64,000 nucleotides of DNA, from assembly GCA_049570475.1 (NCBI GenBank), contig CP186953.1:1024001-1088000 (forward strand), written 5' to 3'. Positions 11,059-21,822 of this stretch are shown here, one piece after another. Numbering within the stretch: position 1 is the first letter of the stretch; the number at the start of each line of letters is the position of its first letter. Below the pieces are notes generated by a model. That model was not told the DNA's origin. It was given only the letters and a program-made list of their open reading frames with translations, and searched no databases. Source of the DNA: Candidatus Methanosuratincola verstraetei. GTDB taxonomy: Archaea > Thermoproteota > Methanomethylicia > Methanomethylicales > Methanomethylicaceae. The position numbers and the translations under genes were made by a program.

Positions 11059-11859
11059 GTGTCATTGATGGCCATTAAGAGTGGAGATTTCGTACTCATA
11101 GACTACATTCTCAAGGTAAAGGATACTGGCGAGATTTTCGACATCACAATGGAGGATCAGGCAAAGGCTAACAACGCTTACGCCCCTGACCAGATCTACG
11201 AGCCCAGGCTTGTTGCAGTGGGGCAGGGCTGGACGATAAAGGGCATAGACGAAGCCCTCGTCGGGATGGAGGAAGGAGCGGAGAAGGAGTTCGAGATCCC
11301 TCCGGAGAAGGCATTCGGTGAGAGGGACCCTGCTAAGGTGAGGATTGTCCCAGCCCGCGACTTGACCCGCCAGGGCGTGACACCTAAGGCGGGGGCCAGG
11401 ATCGAGGTTGGCGGATCTCTTGCAACAATCAGGAGCGTGGGTAGCGGGCGCGTCACGATCGATTTCAACCACCCGCTGGCGGGCAGGGCGCTGCTGGCAA
11501 AGCTCTATGTAAGGAAAGTAGTCGAGGACCAGGCCGAGAAGATCCGCGAGCTGATACACAGGCGGGTCCGCAATGTGCCAAAGGAGAAGTTCATAATAAC
11601 CAGCATCGGAAGTGCCATAACAATCGAGATGCCCGAAGAATCGTTCGTGCTCGAGGACATACAATTCGCAAAGAAGGGGCTGGCAAGGGAAATATCCAAG
11701 TACTTCCCTGATGTGACCAGCGTCCAGTTCATAGAGACATATGTCCTGAAGACGCCAAAGGCTGAAGCAGCTGCTGAGCCTGCAAAAGAGGCGGAAGCCA
11801 CCCAAGCAGGAGCTGCCGAGGAGCCAAAGGCAAGCGAGGGCGAAACGAAGAAGGAGTAG
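11059..11859 (+). CDS. Long-type archaeal FKBP peptidyl-prolyl isomerase
   Basis: GDFVLIDY, PPEKAFGERDP and DFNHPLAG; acidic Ala-rich tail. Confidence 0.93.
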   Translation: MSLMAIKSGDFVLIDYILKVKDTGEIFDITMEDQAKANNAYAPDQIYEPRLVAVGQGWTIKGIDEALVGMEEGAEKEFEIPPEKAFGERDPAKVRIVPARDLTRQGVTPKAGARIEVGGSLATIRSVGSGRVTIDFNHPLAGRALLAKLYVRKVVEDQAEKIRELIHRRVRNVPKEKFIITSIGSAITIEMPEESFVLEDIQFAKKGLAREISKYFPDVTSVQFIETYVLKTPKAEAAAEPAKEAEATQAGAAEEPKASEGETKKE

Positions 11860-11868
11860 ACGGGCCCC

Positions 11869-12345
11869 TCAGGCCCCATCCGTTGCCATTCCTGCAACCT
11901 TTTTAAGTTTTTTACCGCAGGCTGCCTTATCCGAGACGTCTTCGATGACCTGGCAGATCCTGAGTTTGACCTTCTTGCCAGGCTCCGCCCACTCCGGGGT
12001 GCAGTAAACCTTCAGCGGGCATTTCTTTCCGCAATCTTCGATTAATGGCTCCACAGTCGCGCCCTCCACGGCAAGGTTTGACTTCACAAGGGCCTCAACT
12101 GGCGCCTCTGCTACCTTGACAACCTTCACGCTCCCCTCGTAAAGGGGGCAGTAGTGCTCTTTGTCCTTCACTTCGACTACCTCGTAGACCTTGCCTGGCT
12201 TGAGCTTCGACATGCATGCCAGGAAGAGCTTGCATCCCTTGCAGACCTCCGGGGGCTGCGAAGCAACAAACCTGAATCCGACCTTTGCTTGGACATCTCC
12301 CACGAAGGTCACTATCTCTTGCCTCTTGGTTCCAGCTTCGGGCAT
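11869..12345 (-). CDS. UPF0179 family protein
   Basis: CKGCKL..C, HYCPL, EGA and a second Cys cluster; lies next to egsA as in other archaea. Confidence 0.85.
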   Translation of the reverse strand: MPEAGTKRQEIVTFVGDVQAKVGFRFVASQPPEVCKGCKLFLACMSKLKPGKVYEVVEVKDKEHYCPLYEGSVKVVKVAEAPVEALVKSNLAVEGATVEPLIEDCGKKCPLKVYCTPEWAEPGKKVKLRICQVIEDVSDKAACGKKLKKVAGMATDGA

Positions 12346-13397
12346 CAGTCTATCACACCTGTAATCCTGGCGAGGTCTTCAGCCGCCTTCCTTGATATTC
12401 CGCTCTCCCCAAGGATCGTGTACCTGTCGGGTCTCATCGTGTGTGCAATTGTCAGAGCCTCGAGCACATCCTCATCGGAGACGCCGAGCTGCCTCGCGGT
12501 CGTCGGCGCCCCTATCTTGCTGAGGACCGCCTTGATCGACTGCCAGTCCCCCCCATGCATGTACATCATCATTATTGTCCCGACTCCGCACTTCTCCCCG
12601 TGCAGCGATCCATTCTTGCTGACCTTCTCCAGCGCATGGCTGAACAGGTGCTCTGAGCCGCTGCAGGGCCTGCTGCTGCCTGCTATGCACATCGCATAGC
12701 CGCAGCTTATGAGGGCCTCTATAATTGTCCTGACGCCCACCTCAAGACCCCTCGCTATCAGGTCGACGTTCCTCTTCAGGAGCTGGGCTGACATCAGCGC
12801 GAGGGATGCCGCATACTCCCCGTAGTACTCCCCCCTCAGCCGGTGCGCAAGCCTCCAATCCCTCACCGCGGTGAACTTCGCGATGATGTCGCCGCAGCCG
12901 CTTATTATGAAGCGCCTTGGAGAATTTGAAATTATCTGGATGTCAGCCAGCAGCGCAACCGGCGGCTGCGCCATTACAGACATCGAGGTCTTCCCGTCCT
13001 TTATCGAGGCAATCGGGGATGCAATCCCGTCGTGGGCCGCGGAGGTCGGTATGCTGATGAACGGGATACCCTGCCGGTGGGATGCGATCTTCGCTACATC
13101 TATTATCTTCCCGCCCCCGACGCTGATCACCATGCAAGATCTCGTCTCCTTGATTGCACACTCAACCGCACTGACGACATCCGCAGTCGGGGCTGGGACG
13201 CAGACCTCGTGGACCGGTAGGCCCATCTCCGCAACATAATCCTTCACCAAAGAAGCTGGGCTCTTGGTGAACCCTTCCCCTCTGACCAGCAACACGTCCT
13301 CCCTGACGAGCAACCTGCTCAGCAGCTCGTCTATCTTGGGCAACACGTTGTCCCCCACGATAACAAACCTCGGGAGGTTAATCGCATGAATGTGCAT
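12345..13397 (-). CDS. egsA: sn-glycerol-1-phosphate dehydrogenase
   Basis: GGGKIIDVAK, HDGIAS, SRPCSGSEHLFSH and LHGE; ATG 13397 follows GAGGTG. Confidence 0.96.
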   Translation of the reverse strand: MHIHAINLPRFVIVGDNVLPKIDELLSRLLVREDVLLVRGEGFTKSPASLVKDYVAEMGLPVHEVCVPAPTADVVSAVECAIKETRSCMVISVGGGKIIDVAKIASHRQGIPFISIPTSAAHDGIASPIASIKDGKTSMSVMAQPPVALLADIQIISNSPRRFIISGCGDIIAKFTAVRDWRLAHRLRGEYYGEYAASLALMSAQLLKRNVDLIARGLEVGVRTIIEALISCGYAMCIAGSSRPCSGSEHLFSHALEKVSKNGSLHGEKCGVGTIMMMYMHGGDWQSIKAVLSKIGAPTTARQLGVSDEDVLEALTIAHTMRPDRYTILGESGISRKAAEDLARITGVID

Positions 13398-13587
13398 CGC
13401 TTGCACCTCTTTTGAGTCCGATGATCCAAACACATTAATCAAAGGAGCGCCTCACCTATTTTATCTTAACCAATTGCCGCCCCCGACCATCCGCCCATTC
13501 CCATGAGGTCGGGGAACCCTTAAATACTTGGATTTGTTGGTTTTATTTAACTTCGCTCATTCTCCCACGTCAGCGGAGGCAAAAAAA

Positions 13588-14238
13588 TTGTTACCCCAAG
13601 AGTTAGACGAAAGAAAGGTCCTGTACGAGAAGCTTAAGCACGGGACCACCACAGTCGGCGTAGTGTGCACCGACGGCGTAGTCTTGGCAACCGACAGGAG
13701 GGTCACCTCGGGCACCTACGTTGCGCACAAGAGGGGTAGGAAGCTCTTCATGCTCGACGAGATGCGGGTTGCCACCATAGCGGGACTTGTGGCAGACGCC
13801 CAGATGATAATGGACTTCTTGAAGTCCCAGATCTCGCTAATGAAGCTCACGAACCGAGGCCCGGTCACAACCCGGTCCATTGCGACCTTTGCATCAAATA
13901 TACTCTTCAGCTCGAGGTATTATCCGTACATCGTACAGTTCATCATTGCGGGCTATGACGAGAAGGGCCCGTCGATGTACGTCTTGGACTGGTTCGGATC
14001 GCTGACCGAGGAGCGGTTCATAACCACAGGCTCGGGATCCCCATATGCCATTGGGGTTCTAGAGGCCAACCTGAAGAAAAACCCGAGCGTCTCTGATGCC
14101 CTCCCGGTAGTCGCTAGGGCAGTCCGATCCTCGATCGAACGTGACCCGGGGAGCGGCGAGGGCATAGACATAGTCACAATAACTGAACGCGGCGTAACGG
14201 AGCTTAGTGATACTGAGGTAGCAAAACTTCTCGCATAA
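13588..14238 (+). CDS. psmB: Proteasome beta subunit, catalytic type
   Basis: Propeptide then G/TTTVG; GSGS; RDPGSG; TTG start after GGAGG. Confidence 0.95.
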   Translation: MLPQELDERKVLYEKLKHGTTTVGVVCTDGVVLATDRRVTSGTYVAHKRGRKLFMLDEMRVATIAGLVADAQMIMDFLKSQISLMKLTNRGPVTTRSIATFASNILFSSRYYPYIVQFIIAGYDEKGPSMYVLDWFGSLTEERFITTGSGSPYAIGVLEANLKKNPSVSDALPVVARAVRSSIERDPGSGEGIDIVTITERGVTELSDTEVAKLLA

Positions 14239-14270
14239 TGCTCCTCCCGCATCAGGAGAAGGTGCAGCGG

Positions 14271-16193
14271 ATGGTAAATTCGAGTACTGTAGACACTTTC
14301 GGATGGATAAAAAGGGTGATCGAGAGGGAGATCCCCAATGAGGCCGGGCTTACTAAGGTCGACTTCGAGGGCCCCTCAATAGTGGTGTACGTCACCAACC
14401 ACAACCTCCTGCTTGAGAACAGCGAGCCGGTAAAGCGGATAGTCCGGGAGATCAAGAAGCGCGTTATAATAAGGGCGGATCCATCCTCGCGCAAGAGGCC
14501 TGATGAGGCCAAGAAGATCATCGAGGGGCTAATCCCTCCCGAGGCAGAGATCTCAGACATGCACTTCGACGACGGCACAGGCGAGGTCACTATAATGGCA
14601 AAGAAGCCCGGTCTCGTCATCGGGAAGGGAGGATCAACTCTGAGGGACATCGCCTCCTCGACCGGTTGGCGCCCTACCATAATCAGATCGCCGCCGATAA
14701 AGTCCAGGATAATCGAGCAGACTCTTTATTTCCAGAGCAGGGAGACCGATTACCGCTTGGAGTTCCTTAGGAACGTGGGGAAGAAAATCCACCGCCCTCT
14801 CGTTTACACCAACAACATGGTTACGATTTCCGCTTTGGGGGGTTTCCGAGAGGTCGGGCGTCAGGCGATCTTCGTCCAGACCCTCGAGAGCAGGATCCTG
14901 ATAGACTGCGGCGTTAGGCCGGGGGCGCAGTCTGCCTTCGACGAATTCCCGCGCCTAGACTTCGGGGACTTCCGGGTGGAGGACCTTGACGCCGTTGTCG
15001 TCACCCATGCCCACCTCGACCACTGCGCGCTGGTCCCACTCCTATTCAAGTACGGATATGCGGGTCCTGTCTACTGCACCAAGCCGACTAAGAGCCTCAT
15101 GACGCTGCTCCAGCTTGACTACCTCGACGTTGCTGTCAAGGAGGGGCGGCCGGTCCCCTACGGGCTTAAGGACGTGAAGAAAGAGCTGTTCCACACCATC
15201 CCTCTCGAGTACGGCGAAGTGACTGACATCGCGCCTGATGTGCGCCTGACGCTCCACAACGCAGGCCACATACTCGGTTCTGCAATGGTCCACCTGCACA
15301 TTGGCGAGGGGCTGCACAACATAGTCTACACCGGCGACTTCAAGTATGCAAAGACCAGGCTTCTCGAGCAGGCGACCTGCCAGTTCCCGAGGGCAGAGAC
15401 GCTGATAATGGAGAGCACATATGGCGCCCCCAATGACGTCGTGCCATCCAGGGAGGATACTGAGAGGCATTTCCTCGAGGTAGTGAGTAAAACGATAAGC
15501 AACGGGGGGAAGGTGCTCATCCCCATACTCGCTGTCGGCAGGGCTCAGGAGATCATGCTTGTCCTAGACGAGGCCCTGAAGGCAGGTATCATACCGCAGG
15601 TCCCAGTCTACATCGAGGGGATGCTCCAGGAGGTCACTGCCATACACACGGCTTACCCTGAGGAGCTCGCGCGGGACCTCAAGAACAGGATCTTCCACAA
15701 GGGGGAGAACCCGTTCCTGTCGGAGCACTTCATCAGTGTGGACGACAGGAGCGCGAGGCCAGACATAGCCGAGGGAGGCCCTTCCATAATCATGGCGACC
15801 TCCGGGATGCTCACAGGCGGACCCGCGCTCGAGTACTTCAAGCTCCTAGCGCCAGATCCGAAGAACACAATGATCTTCGTCAACTACCAGATCGAGGGCA
15901 CTCTAGGCAGGTCTGTCCTGCGTGGGCTGCGCGAGATACCGCTCAGCGACCCGTCTGGGAAGATAGACGTCGTCCAGGTGAAGATGGGAGTCGAGTCCGT
16001 CGACGGATTCTCAGGGCACAGCGACCGGAAGCAGCTGCTCAGGTTCGTCAGCAACCTTTCCCCGCGCCCGAAGCAGGTTTTCATGGTCCACGGTGAGGAG
16101 AGCAAATGCCTCAGCATGGCAGACGCGGTAAGGCGTTTCTTCAAGGTCGAGGCGTCTGCACCAAGCATAGGGGACAGGATGCGAGTAAAATAG
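14271..16193 (+). CDS. fttA: beta-CASP ribonuclease aCPSF1 / transcription termination factor FttA
   Basis: N-terminal KH domains (PGLVIGKGG), HAHLDH, AGHILGS and FSGHSD; alternative start 14238. Confidence 0.96.
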   Translation: MVNSSTVDTFGWIKRVIEREIPNEAGLTKVDFEGPSIVVYVTNHNLLLENSEPVKRIVREIKKRVIIRADPSSRKRPDEAKKIIEGLIPPEAEISDMHFDDGTGEVTIMAKKPGLVIGKGGSTLRDIASSTGWRPTIIRSPPIKSRIIEQTLYFQSRETDYRLEFLRNVGKKIHRPLVYTNNMVTISALGGFREVGRQAIFVQTLESRILIDCGVRPGAQSAFDEFPRLDFGDFRVEDLDAVVVTHAHLDHCALVPLLFKYGYAGPVYCTKPTKSLMTLLQLDYLDVAVKEGRPVPYGLKDVKKELFHTIPLEYGEVTDIAPDVRLTLHNAGHILGSAMVHLHIGEGLHNIVYTGDFKYAKTRLLEQATCQFPRAETLIMESTYGAPNDVVPSREDTERHFLEVVSKTISNGGKVLIPILAVGRAQEIMLVLDEALKAGIIPQVPVYIEGMLQEVTAIHTAYPEELARDLKNRIFHKGENPFLSEHFISVDDRSARPDIAEGGPSIIMATSGMLTGGPALEYFKLLAPDPKNTMIFVNYQIEGTLGRSVLRGLREIPLSDPSGKIDVVQVKMGVESVDGFSGHSDRKQLLRFVSNLSPRPKQVFMVHGEESKCLSMADAVRRFFKVEASAPSIGDRMRVK

Positions 16194-16230
16194 GGATGTC
16201 GACGGAACCCCTGGCGCATTTCTGATACGA

Positions 16231-16728
16231 TCAGATCTTGAGCATGTTCTTCCAGATCTCGTCCCCTACATGGTGGACATTCTTGACCGCCTTGCCTTTC
16301 TCCCTGTTCAGGATCCTTTCCCTCTCCATGGCGAGCACACCAACTGCCAAGACCTTGTTGTGCCTCTCGTCTGCCACTGCCACTACATCGCCTGGCTTAA
16401 CACCCTCGGGCACGGATCTTATCCCGGGAGCCATGACGTCTGCCCCATTGCATATGTAGGGCACAGCACCCATGTCAACGACGATCCTGGGTATCTCCGA
16501 GAGCACCCCCTCTGAGGCCGTCAGGGCTGGCATAAGCTTCCCCTCCAGCTCGATTAGCACCGGCCTCTTTTCCTGAAGGTAGACCTTCTCGCCGCTGTCG
16601 AGCTCTACCACCTCGAGACCTTTCTTCTTGTCAATCGTCTCAGGAAGCTTGGGGGCAATCCTGCTCGCCCTCTCCAGGATCTCCTTAATCTCCTTCGTGC
16701 TTACCGGGTGCCGCTTCTTTATCAGCAA
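16231..16728 (-). CDS. PUA-domain RNA-binding protein (DUF1947 plus PUA)
   Basis: VDMGAVPYICNGADVMAPGI and HHVGD. Confidence 0.92.
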   Translation of the reverse strand: MLIKKRHPVSTKEIKEILERASRIAPKLPETIDKKKGLEVVELDSGEKVYLQEKRPVLIELEGKLMPALTASEGVLSEIPRIVVDMGAVPYICNGADVMAPGIRSVPEGVKPGDVVAVADERHNKVLAVGVLAMERERILNREKGKAVKNVHHVGDEIWKNMLKI

Positions 16729-16809
16729 AATCCCATTCTCCGATAAACTTAAATAACGTTTTCAATACACTCCCAGAATGCTAATTAACCTTTACGGCTG
16801 GAATCCATT

Positions 16810-17040
16810 ATGAGTGAAATTGGCGCAACAGAAATGCTGAGCGAGTCTCTCGGTTCATTCGTCCTAGTCAAGCTCAAGGGAGGCAGGGAAGTCCGGGGCT
16901 TGATGAAGAGCTTTGACCAACACTTGAACCTAGTCCTTGATAACGCTGAGGAGCTCTTCCCTGACAAAGAGCCGAAGAAGCTCGGTGCAATCATAGTTAG
17001 GGGCGACAATGTAGTCATCGTTTCGCCTTCCCCGAGGTGA
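16810..17040 (+). CDS. Sm-like protein (Lsm/SmAP1)
   Basis: FDQHLNLVL (Sm1) and IVRGDNV (Sm2); directly upstream of rpl37e. Confidence 0.95.
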   Translation: MSEIGATEMLSESLGSFVLVKLKGGREVRGLMKSFDQHLNLVLDNAEELFPDKEPKKLGAIIVRGDNVVIVSPSPR

Positions 17041-17045
17041 GTTGG

Positions 17046-17189
17046 ATGAAGGGCACAACCTCATTCGGTAGGAGGAACAGGGGCAAAACCCACGTATCGT
17101 GCAGGCGCTGCGGCAGGCACTCTTACAACGTCAGGGACAAGTTCTGCTCCGCCTGCGGCTTCGGCAAGACGCCAAAGATGCGGAACTAG
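17046..17189 (+). CDS. rpl37e: 50S ribosomal protein L37e
   Basis: Below the ORF-track cutoff; [47 protein letters not shown]. Confidence 0.96.
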   Translation: MKGTTSFGRRNRGKTHVSCRRCGRHSYNVRDKFCSACGFGKTPKMRN

Positions 17190-17406
17190 GCGCGACTCGC
17201 AGGACTCGCAGCCATTCACAATCCAACATTGCTTTGCAATGTGCTGATTATCCATTCTCCATTCTGTGCCCCAAAATCAAGAGTGCTCTCACAATTTTGT
17301 TCTAATGCCATTGTCCGCTCCCCATTAAACCGAAAGTCCCATTGCGGCCAGTGGATTGCGCTAAGGATATCTGCCCCTATAGCAACTCCATTCATGAGGT
17401 GGAATT

Positions 17407-17667
17407 ATGGCTGAAGTGCAAAAAGAAGAGAAACTCCCAACAAACGAGATGATCAAGGTAATCGACTACGTGACAATATCGAAGACAGACAACTGGTGGA
17501 CAGCGGTAGTCCTTGCGGGCGAGGGGAGCCGGAAGCACGTGATGCTTTACATGTGGAACAAGAAGGGGGACCGGTGGTCAAGGAGGCAGAAGTTCACAAT
17601 CGGTAGGAAGAGTGACTGGCCGAAACTGCGGGAGGCAATCGAGAGGCTCCTCGAGAAGGCGGACTGA
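17407..17667 (+). CDS. Small hypothetical protein, possibly PC4/YdbC-like fold
   Basis: GAGGTG RBS; 86 aa with a Trp-rich beta-beta-beta-beta-alpha pattern. Confidence 0.75.
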   Translation: MAEVQKEEKLPTNEMIKVIDYVTISKTDNWWTAVVLAGEGSRKHVMLYMWNKKGDRWSRRQKFTIGRKSDWPKLREAIERLLEKAD

Positions 17668-17713
17668 ACGCCAATAACCTTTTTTAACCCCCTCATATTG
17701 TCTAATGCACTGT

Positions 17714-17822
17714 GGGCCGGTAGCTCAGCCTGGAAGAGCGCCCGCTTGGCAATGCCGGGCTTGCGAGCCCTTCCGCACCAAAGTGCGGGAGGCCACGGGT
17801 TCAAATCCCGTCCGGTCCACCA
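17714..17822 (+). tRNA. tRNA-Ala(GGC) with a 32-nt intron at 37/38 (17752-17783); CCA encoded
   Basis: Acceptor GGGCCGG/CCGGTCC, anticodon stem CCCGC/GCGGG, TTCAAAT loop; BHB helix TTGG/CCAA with bulges CAA and AGT. Confidence 0.95.
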
Positions 17823-18009
17823 AATTAAACAGCCCACAAGCCAAAATAAACTGCCCCTCCTCTACTTGCAGAGACGCAGGCAGCTACGTATTTTTGCTGT
17901 CTCATTTCTTTGGAATAAACCTTTGTAATGCTGTTCATTGGTAGTTTATTTCTGTAAAATATAATCTTGAACCAAAATTTTTTTAAGCAAAAGAGAATCA
18001 CTGAAAACC

Positions 18010-20454
18010 ATGCTCCTTTTCCAGCCCCCCGGAGATCCATCCAAAGCCATCAGGCTATTTTCTTTGGCAGCATCCGTTACCGAAAAAATTCACAATGCTG
18101 GCACCGTGGCAGAAATCTTCCAGAAAGTAGGAGACGAATTCTCGAAATCTGGCGAATGCTTCGCCTTGACCTACTCCAAATCCTCCAAGGCCCTAAGGCT
18201 TGAATCGAAATCGAGGCACCCTATCCTGGATTATGTCGAAGTTGCAAACGAGGTCCTCCTCAGCGGACTTAGTGGAGGCATATCCAAAGCCATTTTCGAG
18301 GGCACTACCCAGATAATGGCACTGATTGAGGCACTCAGAGAGCTTGACGGATCCATCAGATCCGGATCAGAGAAAGCAACTGAGGTTGAAGGCTGCGGCG
18401 TTGTAGTCGCGCCTCTAAGAAAAGGCTCAGAGGTCCTAGGTTTGTTGATAGTTGGTGGGGAGGGGCTCCCTCAAGAGTCAAAGGTTGCAGTGGAACAGAT
18501 CTCTCGAGCAGCATCGATGCGTCTGGAGTTGCTGATCGAACTTTCAAAAGAGGAGAATGCAGCGCTGGATCAAAAGGCAAGGCTCCTGAGGAAGCTTATG
18601 GACTCTGTCCCGGGCGCGGTCTTTTTCAAGAACAAAGATATGCTCTTCGAAGACTGCAACCGCGAGTTCGAGATTGTGGTTGGCCTTCCGAAAGAAAGCA
18701 TAATTGGCAAGACGGTCGAGGAAGTTCTGCCTGAAAGCGCCCGCTTCATCAAACAGAAGGATGAGGAGCTTCTTCAAATGGGCGGGATCCAGTCTTACGA
18801 GCTCGAAATAAAGACCGGGATCGGTTCGAAAACCTTCTTTGTTCAGAAATCGGTCGTCCTAGACCCTGATGGCAAAATTCAGGGTCTGGTCGGAGTGATG
18901 GTCGACATCTCAGAACTCAAGAAGATCGCGCGCTTCATGACCGCTATAATAGACTCAATCCCTGATCCTGTTTTTGTAGTTGACAAGGATAGGCGTGTCA
19001 TTGAATGGAACCGCGCGATCGAGGATCTTACAGGCATTCCAAAAGATTCGATCGTCGGAAAGGATGAGTACGAATATGCGGTGCCTTTCTATGGGGAACG
19101 CCGCCCCCTCCTGCTGGATCTCCTCTTCGAGAGTGATGCGCGATATGCGAGGTTGTATACGCGGTTCGAGAGGACCAATGCGCGTGCAGTGGCAGAGGGG
19201 TACATCAACTCCAAACGCGGGAGGAGGTATGTGATCGGTCACGCCAGCCTGATTTATGACTCTGCTGGGAACCTTCTGGGCGGAGTCGAAACTTTCAAGG
19301 ACATCACAGACCACAAGGAACTGGAAGAGGCGCTTAGGCAGAGCGAGGGGCGTTACAGGGCAATAGTTGACGATTTGACAGAGGCAATTGTAAGGTTCAA
19401 ACCTGATGGGGAGATAACCTTTGTTAACAGGGCATTCGAAGAGATGATGGGCATCCCAAAAGATTCCATAGTGGGGATGAATGTCCTTGACCTGATTCCT
19501 GAGGAAGAACGCAAAGAAGTGGTTGCCCTGCTGGACAAGGCAAACGAAAATCCTGTTGCAAAGTTCATGACGAAGGAAGCCAAGCCAGACGGCAGCATGT
19601 TGTGGATTATGTGGATAGGGAGGGCAATATTTGATTCAGTCGGGCGTATCGTCGAGTTCCAGGCGGCTGGTCGGGACATAACCGCATTCAAGCGAATCGA
19701 GGATGAATTGAAGAACCTAGTCGAAGAGAGGACTAGAAAGCTCCAGGAAGCAGAGAGATTGGCCACAATCGGCCAGATAGCCGCCTCCGTGGGGCACGAC
19801 CTGAGGGCTCCATTGCAGTCAATAATGAACAATGCCTATCTACTGGGGATTTCGGCGTCGGACCCAAGCCTCCCGGAAAAATCCTCCGCCGAAATACTCG
19901 AACTGCAGAAAAAGATAGAGCGCCAGGTGCAATACATGAGTGGAATAATCGGGGATATCAGGGACTTCTCGAGGAACCTTGTTCTCGATAAGCGTCCCGT
20001 CCCGGTCCAAACCCTGGTTCAGGAAGCTCTGTCGATGGTCTCCCTCCCCCAAAATGTCATTCTTTCATTAAATCTGGACATTCGCGATCCAGTATCGGTC
20101 GACCAAGGCATGTTTACGAGGGTCCTAGTGAACCTGATCACAAACGCGATCGAGTCAATGCCGAAAGGCGGCAATCTCGAGATCAATGCACGAGACCTTG
20201 GTGAATGGGTTGCAATCGAGGTAAAAGACACTGGTGTCGGGATTCCTAAGGAGCACCTGGATAAGCTCTTCACCCCCCTCTTCACGACCAAGTCAAAAGG
20301 CTCCGGACTCGGGTTGGCTATATGCAAGCGCATAGTGGAAGCTCACGGAGGTAAGATCAGAGTCGAGAGCCAAGTCGGTGAGGGGAGTTCGTTCATAATT
20401 GAGCTCCATAAGCCTGCCAAACCTAATAAATCTGGGATTGAGCAAAAGGACTAG
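18010..20454 (+). CDS. Soluble sensor histidine kinase (GAF-like, three PAS, HisKA, HATPase)
   Basis: Three PAS repeats, HDLRAPL H-box, NLITNA, DTGVGI and FTTKSKGSGLGL. Confidence 0.93.
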   Translation: MLLFQPPGDPSKAIRLFSLAASVTEKIHNAGTVAEIFQKVGDEFSKSGECFALTYSKSSKALRLESKSRHPILDYVEVANEVLLSGLSGGISKAIFEGTTQIMALIEALRELDGSIRSGSEKATEVEGCGVVVAPLRKGSEVLGLLIVGGEGLPQESKVAVEQISRAASMRLELLIELSKEENAALDQKARLLRKLMDSVPGAVFFKNKDMLFEDCNREFEIVVGLPKESIIGKTVEEVLPESARFIKQKDEELLQMGGIQSYELEIKTGIGSKTFFVQKSVVLDPDGKIQGLVGVMVDISELKKIARFMTAIIDSIPDPVFVVDKDRRVIEWNRAIEDLTGIPKDSIVGKDEYEYAVPFYGERRPLLLDLLFESDARYARLYTRFERTNARAVAEGYINSKRGRRYVIGHASLIYDSAGNLLGGVETFKDITDHKELEEALRQSEGRYRAIVDDLTEAIVRFKPDGEITFVNRAFEEMMGIPKDSIVGMNVLDLIPEEERKEVVALLDKANENPVAKFMTKEAKPDGSMLWIMWIGRAIFDSVGRIVEFQAAGRDITAFKRIEDELKNLVEERTRKLQEAERLATIGQIAASVGHDLRAPLQSIMNNAYLLGISASDPSLPEKSSAEILELQKKIERQVQYMSGIIGDIRDFSRNLVLDKRPVPVQTLVQEALSMVSLPQNVILSLNLDIRDPVSVDQGMFTRVLVNLITNAIESMPKGGNLEINARDLGEWVAIEVKDTGVGIPKEHLDKLFTPLFTTKSKGSGLGLAICKRIVEAHGGKIRVESQVGEGSSFIIELHKPAKPNKSGIEQKD

Positions 20455-20710
20455 CATCTCCCAAGACGGAATGCTAGACCAAAAATGGCAACTGCGCTCG
20501 GATCCAATCTATGGAGATTTGGCCCATTGTTTCGCGAAATTTTGAGTTCTCCGATCCGAATGCAAACGGTCTGCCCGGTGGGCTATGTATTCTTCAGCAA
20601 ACCGCCCGCCCCTTGCAGGAAGCCGTTCGATCAGAAGTTGCAGCCTGCTGCATGAACTTAGGTCGCCAGGCGCCCAACTGGGATGCAAAAGGCTCCTGCC
20701 TTTTTTGCCA

Positions 20711-21772
20711 TCAAATCAACAGGATGATCATCCCGACAGAGAACAGAAGGGCTGCAGAGACGATCCTTATGTGACTCTTCGGGATCTTTGGAGCGATCCC
20801 CCGCCCCCAAAGGACGAGCACCGCCACCAGTGGGGCTACGAATATGAGGTTATAAAAAAGAAGGTATGCGATAACCTCGGCGCTGCCCATATCGTATTGA
20901 GTCATCAGCGCAAGGGCAAGGAAATACGGCCCCCCTGTGCATGGGAGCTCGACCGCAGAAATGGCTGCCCCTGCAAGAAAAGATAGAGGCGCTGTCGTGG
21001 ATTTGTTGATTAGCTTCTTGACAACCGGTCTGCTCTGGGCGGGTATCTTCGAGAATAATGTGTATATTGCAAGTGCTATGGCTGCCCCCCCTATTATCTT
21101 GTTCAAGTATGCTGGCATCTCGAACTGATGGAGAAAAGCGAACAGTCCTAGCCCGATCGTCAGGTATGCGACAAAGTTGCCTGCAATGTAAGCCCCGCCG
21201 ATCTTCCAGGTGCCCGCAGTGGAAGCGCCGATCGCAGCTATAAGCAGGAGGAGCACTGTGATTGCACAGGGGTTCATCGAGTCCGCGAAAGCCATGCCGG
21301 CTATTACAGCGATCGGCGTCCCTTCGGAATGCTGCTCATCCCCTGGATAAGGGGGCACCGAGGCATTAGGCGAGGGGCACACCCATCCCGTCTTGTTCTC
21401 CAGCAGCGGCTCCAGCCTGCTTTGGATCTCCTCCTTGCCTGGGAGTATTTCGTTTCCTATGAACACGACGGGCCATCGGTAAGTTCCTATGTTCCGGGAG
21501 TTGTAAAACTCGATCAGAAGCGCGTAGTTAGTCTTGTTGCTTATCTCGTAGCGGACAACCTCAAGCAGCGGGTACTTCGCCTCGACCGTCTTGATGTAAT
21601 TGTCCGCCTCAACGCAGCTGTGGCAGCCCTTCGAATAGAAGAAATAGATGCACTGGTGGACGTCTTTCGCGTCCACCGAAGAGTGCGCGCTCCCCACAAA
21701 TGAAACCCCCAACACAATCGCCGCCACAAAAAGGAGCGCAGCAAAGGTCTTTTTCATAAAGTTATTCTCCAT
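20711..21772 (-). CDS. Thioredoxin/glutaredoxin-like domain fused to a CcdA/DsbD-type membrane domain
   Basis: Signal peptide, CHSC, then TM helices carrying DSMNPC and ELPCTGGPY. Confidence 0.85.
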   Translation of the reverse strand: MENNFMKKTFAALLFVAAIVLGVSFVGSAHSSVDAKDVHQCIYFFYSKGCHSCVEADNYIKTVEAKYPLLEVVRYEISNKTNYALLIEFYNSRNIGTYRWPVVFIGNEILPGKEEIQSRLEPLLENKTGWVCPSPNASVPPYPGDEQHSEGTPIAVIAGMAFADSMNPCAITVLLLLIAAIGASTAGTWKIGGAYIAGNFVAYLTIGLGLFAFLHQFEMPAYLNKIIGGAAIALAIYTLFSKIPAQSRPVVKKLINKSTTAPLSFLAGAAISAVELPCTGGPYFLALALMTQYDMGSAEVIAYLLFYNLIFVAPLVAVLVLWGRGIAPKIPKSHIRIVSAALLFSVGMIILLI

Positions 21773-21822
21773 CCATACCTCTATTTTTGGATATCTGTTT
21801 GCCTATATGCGTGCCAGCGCCC

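Noticed and set aside
17187-17215. Read-through of the rpl37e TAG, and the GACTCGCAG tandem repeat after it
   Set aside because: The downstream codons (ARLAGLA) do not resemble L37e C-termini; a short L37e is the simpler reading and a 9-nt duplication is uninformative.
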